Assembly: GCA_041645215.1 (NCBI GenBank)
Contig: JBAZQK010000002.1
Coordinates: 15,435 to 79,434 of the forward strand
Length of the DNA stretch: 64,000 bases
Origin: Patescibacteria group bacterium
GTDB taxonomy: Bacteria; Patescibacteriota; Patescibacteriia; Veblenbacterales; UBA10138
Direction: 5' to 3'
The notes under the pieces: model-generated
What the model was told of the DNA's origin: nothing
What the model saw: only the letters and a program-made list of their open reading frames with translations
Databases searched by the model: none
Position numbers and translations under genes: made by a program
In this document: piece after piece, positions 47,469-57,166 of the stretch
Numbering within the stretch: position 1 is the stretch's first letter
How the letters are laid out: each line of letters begins with the position of its first letter

Positions 47469-47545
47469 GCGAACTTAAGTTAATTATTTTGCAAAAATTG
47501 TCCTGCCTAAATTCTATAATAAACGCCGAATTAAGCAAACACCAA

Positions 47546-49054
47546 TCAATCAACGGCTTGTTTCTTTTCCGTCACCCAAAAACCCAGATATTTGCCCAGC
47601 ATCAGGCGGGTTTGGGCGTCAGTCGCCGGTATAGCGCCAAATACGATCATAGTAATAGGAAAAAGGAACCACTGCATTACCATGGGAATGTATTTGTACC
47701 AGGGTTGTTTAGTGTCGCGCGACGGCAGCATAGCGGTTGACAAAATCGCGCTTAACACCAAACCTATCATGGCCAGCGTCATTATCCACTGCAACGCCAT
47801 GGGAGCATTATGGGCGAGCAAGTTGGATTTAACCGCGTCATCGGCGGTCCAGAGCGGCAAACGACCAAGAATAAAAATAATTAACGGCGCCGTGGCCCAA
47901 GAATAAACCCCTTCCAATTGATTCCATAAATAGCGAATTTTCCGATTAAAAGGAATGGTGCGCGAGCGCCAAAAATGCCAGGCCATGTAGGGAAAATTTT
48001 CTACGCCGTAGGCCCAGCGACGTTGCTGTTTGTACTGATTGACAACGCTGCGCCACAAAGATCCGGCATAAACCGTATCCATTGAAATTGGTATGTACAT
48101 GGGGGTTACGCGATAGTTTCCGTTGTAACGTATAAAGCATTGCAAAAAAATCCGCGAATCCTCGGTCACAATGTCATTTTGCCAAAAACCGACATCTACC
48201 AGGGCGGTGAACGGCATGGAGTGCGAGGAAAATGTAAATAATCTTTCGGGCCGCGCCAAGTCCGTCAACAGCCAAAACGTGGTTGAGTTGGCCACAATTC
48301 GGTTAATGGCCGGCGATTCCCAAATATTATTATTATAAACGGCTAACGGCTGATAGCTGGTATGCAACGGGTCGGGCACGGTCAGATATTTATAGGTTAA
48401 ATAAGCGAAATATTGAGGATGGGCGCAGGAATCAACGTCAAAAGTTGATACCACCACATTTTTGTACGGTATTTTTAAATTATCAATTAATTTTTGGGCT
48501 TGATGCCCGGCCCAATTAGTATTGGCCCCCTTGCCGGCCATTTCGCCGATAATGTTGCCCGGATGGAGCGTAATTAAAAAATAACCAAAGCGATCGCCGT
48601 ATTGTTGTTTGATGCTGGTTGAGATTAATTCAAAATTTGCTTGATCACGCTCCTCGCCGGCTAACACCACAATTAATTTATCAAGCGGATACTTGATTTG
48701 AGTTAAAGATTCTATTGATTTAACCACGACTTCATAAGGCTCGCGAAAAGTGGGCAGAAAAATTAAGTGGTAAATGTCATTATAATGCGGAAGTACTTTC
48801 ACTTTTTCAAACCAATCAGCGCGCAGAGTTACGCGATATTGTTTCCAGGAAGATAACAGGTAAATAATCAGATAAGCCACTCGGAGCAGCCAATATAAAT
48901 CAAATATTATGATTACGTATATCGCCCACAATGGTTTAACAAATGATAAAACAACGGCTCCGATAAGAGTCGTCCATACTAAAACTCCGGGTATAATCTC
49001 TAAAAAGCGGTAAACCTTTTTTTTGTCCAAATTATCAATATAATCACGCAGCAT
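47546..49054 (-). CDS. Membrane-embedded family 2 glycosyltransferase of the processive type (cellulose/hyaluronan-synthase-like)
   Basis: DxD region (STFDVDS) and QQRRW (QxxRW) motif flanked by TM helices. Confidence 0.65.
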   Translation of the reverse strand: MLRDYIDNLDKKKVYRFLEIIPGVLVWTTLIGAVVLSFVKPLWAIYVIIIFDLYWLLRVAYLIIYLLSSWKQYRVTLRADWFEKVKVLPHYNDIYHLIFLPTFREPYEVVVKSIESLTQIKYPLDKLIVVLAGEERDQANFELISTSIKQQYGDRFGYFLITLHPGNIIGEMAGKGANTNWAGHQAQKLIDNLKIPYKNVVVSTFDVDSCAHPQYFAYLTYKYLTVPDPLHTSYQPLAVYNNNIWESPAINRIVANSTTFWLLTDLARPERLFTFSSHSMPFTALVDVGFWQNDIVTEDSRIFLQCFIRYNGNYRVTPMYIPISMDTVYAGSLWRSVVNQYKQQRRWAYGVENFPYMAWHFWRSRTIPFNRKIRYLWNQLEGVYSWATAPLIIFILGRLPLWTADDAVKSNLLAHNAPMALQWIMTLAMIGLVLSAILSTAMLPSRDTKQPWYKYIPMVMQWFLFPITMIVFGAIPATDAQTRLMLGKYLGFWVTEKKQAVD

Positions 49055-49070
49055 AATAAGTTTCCGAATT

Positions 49071-49508
49071 TTAGTTTGGTTCCGGTCGGTAGATAAAAGT
49101 TAACACCGCCACCGCCGCAAAAACCAAGAAACCCCACACGCAGGCCGGCACCGCCAACATCGAAAAGGTTTCCCAATAGTAGGCGCCTTTAGTTATAATG
49201 GGCAAGCCGATTTCACGCCAGCCAACCCAGCCCGAGAATATTACCCCGGCCACGGCAAATAATCGCATTAGCCAAGAGCCATAGTGATGGTTGATTGTTT
49301 GCTTTAAAGTTAAAAATGACAGTACGGTCAAAATGGTAAATAAGGCTAAACCATAAGGGCAGGGCGAGTAACCTAAAATTTTAAAACCGACGCAAGAAAA
49401 TATACCCGGTTGGGTCGCGGGAGCGATAAATTGGCGCGCCGTCACCAAGCCGGCAAACAATGTTCCCAGCAGCGATAAGTAAAAAATAGCTCGAATTTTA
49501 TTAAGCAT
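49071..49508 (-). CDS. Small polytopic membrane protein with paired cysteines (DsbB/VKOR-like?)
   Basis: 4 TM; Cys pair in FSCVGFKILGYSPCPYG. Confidence 0.3.
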   Translation of the reverse strand: MLNKIRAIFYLSLLGTLFAGLVTARQFIAPATQPGIFSCVGFKILGYSPCPYGLALFTILTVLSFLTLKQTINHHYGSWLMRLFAVAGVIFSGWVGWREIGLPIITKGAYYWETFSMLAVPACVWGFLVFAAVAVLTFIYRPEPN

Positions 49509-49522
49509 AATTGAACAATTCC

Positions 49523-50218
49523 CTATTTAAGTTCAATTGCTTGAATTACAATATCCGACAACGGATGATCATTGGCATTGGTGGGGGCCGATTCAATTTC
49601 AGCCAGAATTTCTTGTCCTTCAATCAACTCCCCAAAATTAGTGTGTTTGCCGTCTAACCACGGTGTCGCGGCGGCGGTAACAATAAAAAATTGACTGCCA
49701 TTGGTGTTGGGGCCGGCGTTCGCCATGGCAAGTGAACCTCTAACCAGTTTGTTATTATTAATTTCATCGGCAAATTGGTAGCCCGGACCGCCTTGGCCGT
49801 CATTTGACCAATCATCGTCCTTAGAATTTGGGTCGCCGGTTTGAACCATAAAACCCTTAATAACACGATGAAATTTAACCCCATTATAAAAACCGCTGTT
49901 AGCCAATTTAACAAAATTGGCCACCGTGTTGGGTGATGCGGGGTAAAATTTAAAAACCAAATCGCCCCGATTGGTTTTTATGACGGCTTTGGTTACTGGC
50001 GGCATTTGGTAATTGTTTCCAGCGGCGGCGGACTCGGTTGGATTGGCGGCGGCGGGATTAACCGGGGTATTTTTTAGCGTTGACTTAGAGGCTTGGGCGG
50101 CGGCATCAAATTCAGTCATAGTTGGTTGGATAGAGGGCGAACGAAAGATACAACCGCTTAGGGTTAATACGAAAAATATTAGTGCGATTACGATTGAAAA
50201 TTTATTAATCTTGCGCAT
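49523..50218 (-). CDS. Cyclophilin-type peptidyl-prolyl cis-trans isomerase (secreted/lipoprotein)
   Basis: [18 protein letters not shown] ... [18 protein letters not shown]. Confidence 0.85.
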   Translation of the reverse strand: MRKINKFSIVIALIFFVLTLSGCIFRSPSIQPTMTEFDAAAQASKSTLKNTPVNPAAANPTESAAAGNNYQMPPVTKAVIKTNRGDLVFKFYPASPNTVANFVKLANSGFYNGVKFHRVIKGFMVQTGDPNSKDDDWSNDGQGGPGYQFADEINNNKLVRGSLAMANAGPNTNGSQFFIVTAAATPWLDGKHTNFGELIEGQEILAEIESAPTNANDHPLSDIVIQAIELK

Positions 50219-50343
50219 AATTGGATCAAATAATATCTAATTACCCGTCTGCCCACGGTCCCGCTACGGCGGAACCCCGGCCTTTTGGCGGGGTGTGACC
50301 GGCAGGCCCCGCTCAAGCTTAGGCAGGCAGGGATTTAGAAATT

Positions 50344-51948
50344 CTAATACATTTCGTCCTTTTTGTCTTTAAGGAATTGAAACCAGTCTTCAATAATTTT
50401 TAAAGCGGTTTTGAAAGGAACTTCAAATAAAAAGTCAAGCACAAAAACAAAAACATTGACTCGGTCAAAAGTTTGCGATAACCATTTACCGACGGCTATA
50501 ACCGGCACCGCAAAAAAATCAAGCAAAAAAGCCACTATGGTTTCACGGCTGCGCACCACTTTGAGCTGGCGGGCGTGCTGACGCAGAGAAATTCCAAAAA
50601 AACTTACCAGACTGACAAAGAATATAAATATTATGCCCGAGATAAAATTAAAGTCTAACCGCCATAACAAATAAATCACTCCTCCAAACGATCCCACAAA
50701 GGTCGCAACGTATAAAAAGGTATAAGCAATTTTTTTTACCAATCCCATCTTAGGCTTGGTTACCGGCTGGGGCCGGTAAAAGTTCGGCTCGTAACCCAAA
50801 ACTAATTCGTTGACACCCATGGCTACCATATCGGCATCAGCCTGACTGGGAGATTTTATCATTACCGTTATGATACCCATTAAAACTGGCGGCACCAGCA
50901 AGTTGATAATCACTGATAAATAGTTAATTGATCCCAGCATTAACCGTTCATAAGGTATCTCCAACAGCAAAGCTAAAACCATTTTAGTCAAAAAAATGTA
51001 TATTATAGCGTGCCAACCGCGCCGGCGCAGCTTACGACTGGTCGTTTTCCAATATTTCTGGTAGGTTTGTCTAACCGTTGACTCTAATTGATGGGCGTTG
51101 GTGAGAAGGCCGCGCCAATTATCCAGGCGGTCTCGTAAAATATCCTGCAAAATGATTACCGGCACCAATAGCCGGCGGACACGAGTTAAAAGTCGCCGGC
51201 CCAGCTCGTGGTCGTTTAAATTTTTAAAATTTAATAAAATCTCATCTACTGAATTGGCCAACGCCGGCACCGCCACCGCCGGTTCATTGTTAAACCAATA
51301 TGGGTAGTAATGGACTAATAGGTAATAATTGATAATATCGCTGTCGGCGCGCTCCAACGCCCGTTGAATATCAATTATTAATTGAACATTCTTGGGCTCG
51401 GCCTCGGTGTCGTTATCAGGCAAAATCAGTACGTCTTTTAATATTTTATAGGCAAAAGAAATGTAGGCGTTGCGAAAGTCTGGCGATACTAATTGATTAT
51501 CACATTCAACGGCCGCCAGTCCCAAAAGCTGTTCGCGCCATTTAGGTATGTTTGACTTATGGTCAGCCAGCAAATTGAACAATGCGTAATATTTACTTAA
51601 GATTGCCGCCACGGCCGTAATTTTAGTTTCGGGTATTGCGTTGTTGGCCAGATAGCGCGCTAAAATAAGTTCGCGTATTAATGCTTGGGCGGCGATTTGC
51701 GGCTGGTGATTGAATTGCGGCAGCCAAAATTTACGTTTCAAAAAACGTCTGATGGCATTTTTACGCAATAAAAATTCGTCTTTGTAATCAATAAAATTAC
51801 GAATCTTTTCGTAGGCAAAAGCCGGTAAGCTGGTTAGCTCGGAAACGCGGATTTTGGTTAGGTCTTCAGGATAATGACTAAGTTTGCTCGCCTCTTCCAA
51901 CTCATGAACTAAATCGCTTGTAACTTTCGTCAGATTTGACTGGGGCAT
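50344..51948 (-). CDS. Hypothetical protein (534 aa) with C-terminal polytopic membrane region
   Basis: ORF; helical N-domain; 5-6 TM at C-terminus. Confidence 0.4.
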   Translation of the reverse strand: MPQSNLTKVTSDLVHELEEASKLSHYPEDLTKIRVSELTSLPAFAYEKIRNFIDYKDEFLLRKNAIRRFLKRKFWLPQFNHQPQIAAQALIRELILARYLANNAIPETKITAVAAILSKYYALFNLLADHKSNIPKWREQLLGLAAVECDNQLVSPDFRNAYISFAYKILKDVLILPDNDTEAEPKNVQLIIDIQRALERADSDIINYYLLVHYYPYWFNNEPAVAVPALANSVDEILLNFKNLNDHELGRRLLTRVRRLLVPVIILQDILRDRLDNWRGLLTNAHQLESTVRQTYQKYWKTTSRKLRRRGWHAIIYIFLTKMVLALLLEIPYERLMLGSINYLSVIINLLVPPVLMGIITVMIKSPSQADADMVAMGVNELVLGYEPNFYRPQPVTKPKMGLVKKIAYTFLYVATFVGSFGGVIYLLWRLDFNFISGIIFIFFVSLVSFFGISLRQHARQLKVVRSRETIVAFLLDFFAVPVIAVGKWLSQTFDRVNVFVFVLDFLFEVPFKTALKIIEDWFQFLKDKKDEMY

Positions 51949-52173
51949 ATTTAAGTAAACCGCTATAACCTGATTAAATATTTAAGACTGCCAAAGTTTA
52001 ACATTTTTTAATATTTTTGGCAAGGCTAAATTGGTTTACCGCCTAAATAACCCTGAATTACGAAATACTTTTTCCCGTCATTCTTCAGCCGATTCCGCCA
52101 GCCGGCGGACAGCGGGAGGTATCCGCCGCCGTTCGCCGCAGCGAGCGGCGGCGGATAAAAAAAGACTATTTAC

Positions 52174-52343
52174 CCCGTTACACCCAGAATGCCCCACCCT
52201 TCAGGGTGGGGATGAACCCCGTTAGAAGTAATTCCAATGGCTGTCGGGATACTCCACCACCGGTGGAGACTTCTAACGGGGTGAATGGGAAATTAAAAAT
52301 CTTCCCCAAAAATGCCCCGTCCTTCAGGACGGGGCGTAACGGG
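52174..52343. mobile_element. Nested palindromic element (copy E4): outer TIR CCCGTTAC/GTAACGGG with flanking TTTAC; inner 65-bp element 52217-52281 with TIR CCCCGTTAGAAGT/ACTTCTAACGGGG
   Basis: Seen directly; arms carry hairpins GCCCCACCCTTCAGGGTGGGG and GCCCCGTCCTTCAGGACGGGGC. Confidence 0.6.
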
Positions 52344-53724
52344 GTTTACTAAGAGCGGCGCTGTAAATAACATTGGGGGCTTTTAGTAAATCATAGATTA
52401 AATTGTATTTTACAATATAGTAGGCGGTTTCGTTTTTAAGAGCGTAGCGATTGACTAGATTGTAAAATTGATCGGCGGCGGTCGCATGTTGTTTGTAAAT
52501 TTTAAGCTGCTGTTTGAGTTTAGCTTTTTCCAAGGTGGTTATTTGTTTGCCAGTCAGCTGTTGTTTTAATGATTTGACTCCGGCTAAATACGTGTTTTTT
52601 TCTTGTTGATAGAATTTTTTTAAAGTAACTCGGCTGGCTGACCAGTTATCCCCCCACTTTTCAAAAGCTTTAATGACACGGGCTAATCCACCGTTATAAC
52701 TAGCGGCCAAATAGGCGCCCAGTTTTTTATCGTCGGCCGCGCCGGCGTTCTTAATTGTCTGCGGCAAATGACTAAGGATATCGTCTAAATAGCCGATTTC
52801 CGCCTTAATCGCGTTATAAGGGTCGGTCATCCCCTGTTCAAAATTAGGATTAAGAACCAGTTCGGGGCGCCGCTTGACCATCAGTTTATAAGTTGATGGT
52901 ATAAACTGGGCCAGGCCGCGGGCCGAGGCGGTAGACTTGGAATAAGCAAAGGAAAAATGCCGGTTAGTCGCCAGCGTTACAAAAAAACGATCTAAAAATT
53001 CGGCCGGCTGACTGCTGGTGCGGCTGATATTGTCAGCATGCTCAATCGCGATAATTGATTTTACCAAAATTGGATCTATGACATCAATCAATAATTTATC
53101 GGGGTAAGCTTGCGATTTCACCCCTAAGGCGGCGATTTCGTCATAAACCGCGGTAATTTTAGTGGCAAAAAAACGCTTGCCCTCGTCAATAATCGCCGCG
53201 GTTTTTAAATAATCATGATAGGGCACGTAAACGGTGTTTTGTAATTTATATTGGGAGCGCGTTTTAGCGCCAAGGCTAAGGTAAATTGGATGAATAACCG
53301 CCACCACCAAAGCCTTGGGTTCGCCCGCCACTATATACTGTGAATTCACGCCGTTGTCATACTTAACTTTGATGTCATAGTTCCGGTTGTCATTAAGCGT
53401 TACCCGCCGACCTGATTTTAAACCGTTGACAAATACGATTTGATCTGCGACGGGCTGCCACAAAGCTAAAGTAACCGGTATGGGAGTGTTTTTACTTTTG
53501 ACCACAACCGGTTTAAATTTTGGATTGGTCAATTCATCGTTAACCCGGGCTTGCAATGTCATTTTGGCCGATAATATGGCTTGATATAACAAATTATCCG
53601 GCTCAACTTGCGCTGGCTTTGAATCAAGAATGTCTGAATTGTCAGCTTTAACCGCCAGCGGGCTAAGTGCTAACAAACCAATTGCCCAGCTTAGGCCGGC
53701 TATTTTTAAACTATGTAACATCAT
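52324..53724 (-). CDS. Lytic transglycosylase (SLT domain), secreted
   Basis: Signal peptide; SASARGLAQFIPSTY and AYNGG motifs. Confidence 0.7.
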   Translation of the reverse strand: MMLHSLKIAGLSWAIGLLALSPLAVKADNSDILDSKPAQVEPDNLLYQAILSAKMTLQARVNDELTNPKFKPVVVKSKNTPIPVTLALWQPVADQIVFVNGLKSGRRVTLNDNRNYDIKVKYDNGVNSQYIVAGEPKALVVAVIHPIYLSLGAKTRSQYKLQNTVYVPYHDYLKTAAIIDEGKRFFATKITAVYDEIAALGVKSQAYPDKLLIDVIDPILVKSIIAIEHADNISRTSSQPAEFLDRFFVTLATNRHFSFAYSKSTASARGLAQFIPSTYKLMVKRRPELVLNPNFEQGMTDPYNAIKAEIGYLDDILSHLPQTIKNAGAADDKKLGAYLAASYNGGLARVIKAFEKWGDNWSASRVTLKKFYQQEKNTYLAGVKSLKQQLTGKQITTLEKAKLKQQLKIYKQHATAADQFYNLVNRYALKNETAYYIVKYNLIYDLLKAPNVIYSAALSKPRYAPS

Positions 53725-53752
53725 ATTTATAATAACAAAATATAATTATAAG

Positions 53753-53919
53753 TAGGACTTACGGGGTTGAGCCAAGTTCGAGGCAAAACCGAGCAAGTGG
53801 TACGAGTCCCGCCATGGCGGGATGAACGAAAAGCGGAGGTTTTAACGAAGAAATTAGCCAAAGCCGCTTGCGGGGTCGTCCCTGCGCCAGCCCTGCAAGC
53901 GGCAAGCGCGTAAGTCCTA
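53753..53919 (+). mobile_element. Structured MITE copy B (TAGGACTTACG TIR family), 167 bp, 5-bp TSD ATAAG (53748-53752 and 53920-53924)
   Basis: TIR TAGGACTTACG/CGTAAGTCCTA; internal hairpin CCCGCC/GGCGGG. Confidence 0.8.
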
Positions 53920-53930
53920 ATAAGATTAAT

Positions 53931-55373
53931 TTACAATTCAATTGTTTGGTTAAGAGACGGCACAAACACTTGGACTTGCGGCAACTCGGTTCTAATAGCT
54001 TGCGCCAAGGCCTGGGCCTGACTGGTTTCACCATGCACCAAAAAAATCTTTTGTAAGTCAGCTATCTGTTTAGCGTAATTAATCAGAGTGGGCTGGTCAG
54101 CGTGCGCGCTTAATTCGTGTAACACCACCACTTGGGCCTTGACGCTGTAATTTTTGCCAAACAATTTTATAGCTCTCGCGCCGTCCATCAAGCGCCGTCC
54201 GACTGTCTGCGCGGCCTGGAAACCGGTTATAAGTATGGTATTTTTTGGATTGCCGATGTTATTTATTAAATGATGGATGATGCGGCCGGCCTCGGCCATG
54301 CCGGAGGATGAAATTATCATTAACGGACCAGGCATCGCATTAAGAGCTTTGGACTCCTCAACCGATGACACCAGGCGCAAATTTTTAAATGACAACGGCA
54401 CCTCACCGAATTGCCCAAAATCCACCCAGCTCTCGCGGTCGTAAATTTCACGGTGATTTTTAAAGACCGTTGTTATTTCCAAGGCTAAGGGGCTGTCAAC
54501 ATAAATCGGCATATTGGCCAGTTCGCCTTCGTCGCTAATTTGGTGCAGCATATAAACTAATTCCTGGGTGCGTCCCAGGGCAAAGGCGGGTACGATAATT
54601 TTACCCCGGTTAGCCAAAGTTGCTTTAATCACGTTATCCAGCATGGCTTTGGCTTGGGCAATCGGTTCATGGGTACGATTGCCATAAGTTGATTCCATTA
54701 GTAATACCGGAACTTGATCGCGGATAAAGGCTGGACTTTTTAGTAAAGGGGCGTCGTTGCGTCCCAGATCGCCGGTAAAGGCAATACGCGCTCTCTGACC
54801 GTTGGCTTGACCCTCAAGCACGATCGCCGCCGAACCAAGTATGTGCCCAGCCTCATAAAGTTTTATTCTAAGATCGGGAAAAATTTCAAACCACTGATTT
54901 GAATTATCAACATAAGGAACAGCTACAAATTTAGCCATAGTGCTATCAACATCATCAATCGTAAACAACGGTTCAGCCAGTTCACTGCCCTCAATATGAT
55001 GCTTACGCATGTATTGTAAATCGGCCAATTGAATATGAGCCGAGTCTTTCAGCATCCATCGGGTTATGTCGCGGGTGGCGGCGGTGGCAAAAATTTGACC
55101 TTGATAACCGTGTTTAAGCAACATTGGCAACGAACCGCAATGGTCCAAGTGACCATGCGATAAAATCACCGCTGTTAAATCCTCGGCCGCAAATGGCAGT
55201 TTACTGTTTAGTTCGCGGGTTAAGCGGCGACGGCCCTGAAACGAGCCGCAATCAAGTAAAACTTTATACTTGCCTATTTCCACTAAATGTTTAGAACCAG
55301 TAACACCCTCGGCCGCACCATAAAATGTAACACGCATAGTGAGTGAAAGTTTAATTTGCCAACCAACCGCCAT
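53931..55373 (-). CDS. MBL-fold beta-CASP ribonuclease (RNase J-like)
   Basis: HGHLDHCGSLP (HxHxDH), beta-CASP region; ~480 aa. Confidence 0.65.
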   Translation of the reverse strand: MAVGWQIKLSLTMRVTFYGAAEGVTGSKHLVEIGKYKVLLDCGSFQGRRRLTRELNSKLPFAAEDLTAVILSHGHLDHCGSLPMLLKHGYQGQIFATAATRDITRWMLKDSAHIQLADLQYMRKHHIEGSELAEPLFTIDDVDSTMAKFVAVPYVDNSNQWFEIFPDLRIKLYEAGHILGSAAIVLEGQANGQRARIAFTGDLGRNDAPLLKSPAFIRDQVPVLLMESTYGNRTHEPIAQAKAMLDNVIKATLANRGKIIVPAFALGRTQELVYMLHQISDEGELANMPIYVDSPLALEITTVFKNHREIYDRESWVDFGQFGEVPLSFKNLRLVSSVEESKALNAMPGPLMIISSSGMAEAGRIIHHLINNIGNPKNTILITGFQAAQTVGRRLMDGARAIKLFGKNYSVKAQVVVLHELSAHADQPTLINYAKQIADLQKIFLVHGETSQAQALAQAIRTELPQVQVFVPSLNQTIEL

Positions 55374-56112
55374 CCACGTAAAAAGTCGCGCCGGTGATGT
55401 AACTGGATTCAGCCGACGCTAAAAATACTACCAGCGGCGCGACTTCTTCCGGCTGACCAATACGGCGCAACGGCACTCGCGCCAGCAATGCCGCCAATAC
55501 GTCTTGGGGCATAGCCGAAAAATTGGCCATTGGCGTATCAATAGCTCCAGGAGCGATGGCATTAACTGTAATGCCAAATTGTCCCCACTCAATCGCTAAG
55601 GTTTCAGTTAAAGCGATTACGCCGCCTTTAGAAGCCGTATAATGGGCGGCATTCGGATAACCGACGCCAACTTGGCCGGACGCAATTGAGGAAATATTTA
55701 TAATCCGTCCCCATTTTTGTTTAATCATTTCTCGCGCCGCGCGCTGGGCGCACAAGAATTGGCCTTTGAGGTTTATGTTAAGCGTTTTATCCCAATCGGC
55801 TGCAGTCAGTTCCAGGGCTGGTTTAGGTAAAAACACGCCGGCATTGTTTACTAATATATCTAACCGGCCAAATTCAGCGATCACCGCTGAAATTACTTGG
55901 TCCACCTCGGCGGCGTTGGCAACATCAAGTTGGAACGCTTGGGCCCGTCCGTTGCCAGATTTTATTTCCTTAACCACAACTTCGCATTCAGCCAGGTTAA
56001 TGTCAGTTACAACTACAATCGCGCCCTGTTTAGCCAATGCCAACGCGTGCGCCCGGCCCATACCGCGCCGCGCCCCAGTCACCAAAGCGACTTTATCTTT
56101 AAGTTCAAACAT
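55351..56112 (-). CDS. SDR-family oxidoreductase (FabG-like)
   Basis: LVTGARRGMGRA (TGxxxGxG), NNAG, YTASKGGV (YxxxK). Confidence 0.85.
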   Translation of the reverse strand: MFELKDKVALVTGARRGMGRAHALALAKQGAIVVVTDINLAECEVVVKEIKSGNGRAQAFQLDVANAAEVDQVISAVIAEFGRLDILVNNAGVFLPKPALELTAADWDKTLNINLKGQFLCAQRAAREMIKQKWGRIINISSIASGQVGVGYPNAAHYTASKGGVIALTETLAIEWGQFGITVNAIAPGAIDTPMANFSAMPQDVLAALLARVPLRRIGQPEEVAPLVVFLASAESSYITGATFYVDGGWLAN

Positions 56113-56225
56113 ATAACCGCAGTTAGAGTTAATATTGATAGTTGAATTATAGCATATTAGTGGCGCTTTTAACTATGGCACTGGTGCTAAAATGGACTAC
56201 GGCCGTAAGTGATGCCGTTTAATTT

Positions 56226-56861
56226 TTAAACTAAAGTTGTTATCAGTTCAGGTAACCTGCTGAATAAAGGCGTGCACGCATCAGCTTCATCAAATTTATT
56301 TTTGGAATAAATAATAACTTTCATTCCCGCCGCTCTCGCCGCCTTGATGTCGTTCACCACATCCCCTATGTAAACGCATTCTTCGGGTTTAACTTTCAAC
56401 TTGTCCGCCGCCAAGAGTAGCGGTTCGGGATGTGGTTTGTGGTTAGTGGTGTCTTGATAGGAAACTGCAACCTTAAAATACTTTTCCAACTTTGCGAGTC
56501 GCGGAAATTCGTAAACACTTTCCTTTACGCGACTCGTAACAATTCCAAGAAGATAATTTTTAGCCAATGTCTCTGTAACTTTTTCTGCGTTCTCGGGCAT
56601 AGTCAATAATTTAAACTCGTATCCTACTTCGCGGCTCCGCCCCATTTCCCAGATTCTTTTAATTTCTTCCTCGGCGATGGATTTAGTAAGAACTTTTATG
56701 GCATCGAGCATGCTCAAATGAAAAATTGCCGGAAATTCTTTTCGCGTCGGTGGTCTATAACCAGTTCTTGTCATGAGGTCCTGAAAAAATTTCAAATTTG
56801 CCTCGAACGAATCGAGTAAGACACCATCAATATCAAAAATAACAGCTTTAATCATATTCAT
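56226..56861 (-). CDS. HAD-superfamily hydrolase
   Basis: VIFDIDGVLLDS motif I; GDVVNDIKAA motif IV. Confidence 0.7.
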   Translation of the reverse strand: MNMIKAVIFDIDGVLLDSFEANLKFFQDLMTRTGYRPPTRKEFPAIFHLSMLDAIKVLTKSIAEEEIKRIWEMGRSREVGYEFKLLTMPENAEKVTETLAKNYLLGIVTSRVKESVYEFPRLAKLEKYFKVAVSYQDTTNHKPHPEPLLLAADKLKVKPEECVYIGDVVNDIKAARAAGMKVIIYSKNKFDEADACTPLFSRLPELITTLV

Positions 56862-57011
56862 TTCAATAATTCATCATCTGATACGCCCCCAGCGTTCGCT
56901 AGTCGCTCTAAGGCAGGCGAGTTCAGAGCCGGCACTGAGGAGTTCGGCTGCGGCTCACTCGCAGCCCTCATGGCCGAAGTGTTGGACTGCGGTGATGACA
57001 GCACGTTAGTG

Positions 57012-57028
57012 GGCAAACGGGTAAGTCC
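57012..57028. repeat. Terminal remnant of the TAGGACTTACG MITE family (GGGTAAGTCCTAAT) inside a 300-bp noncoding gap
   Basis: 14/15 match to the MITE 3-prime terminus; ORFs 56858-57133(-) and 56970-57170(+) here look spurious. Confidence 0.35.
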
Positions 57029-57166
57029 TAATGGAGACAAAATTATCTGTCTGATGTTGAAGTGTTTTAGTGATCCAGTGATTAATAGTTTATTATCCTT
57101 CGCCCCGCTTAGCCGGGCTTCGCTTAAAACCACTACCCTAACGCCCCCGGAGCATCATAACTTAAA

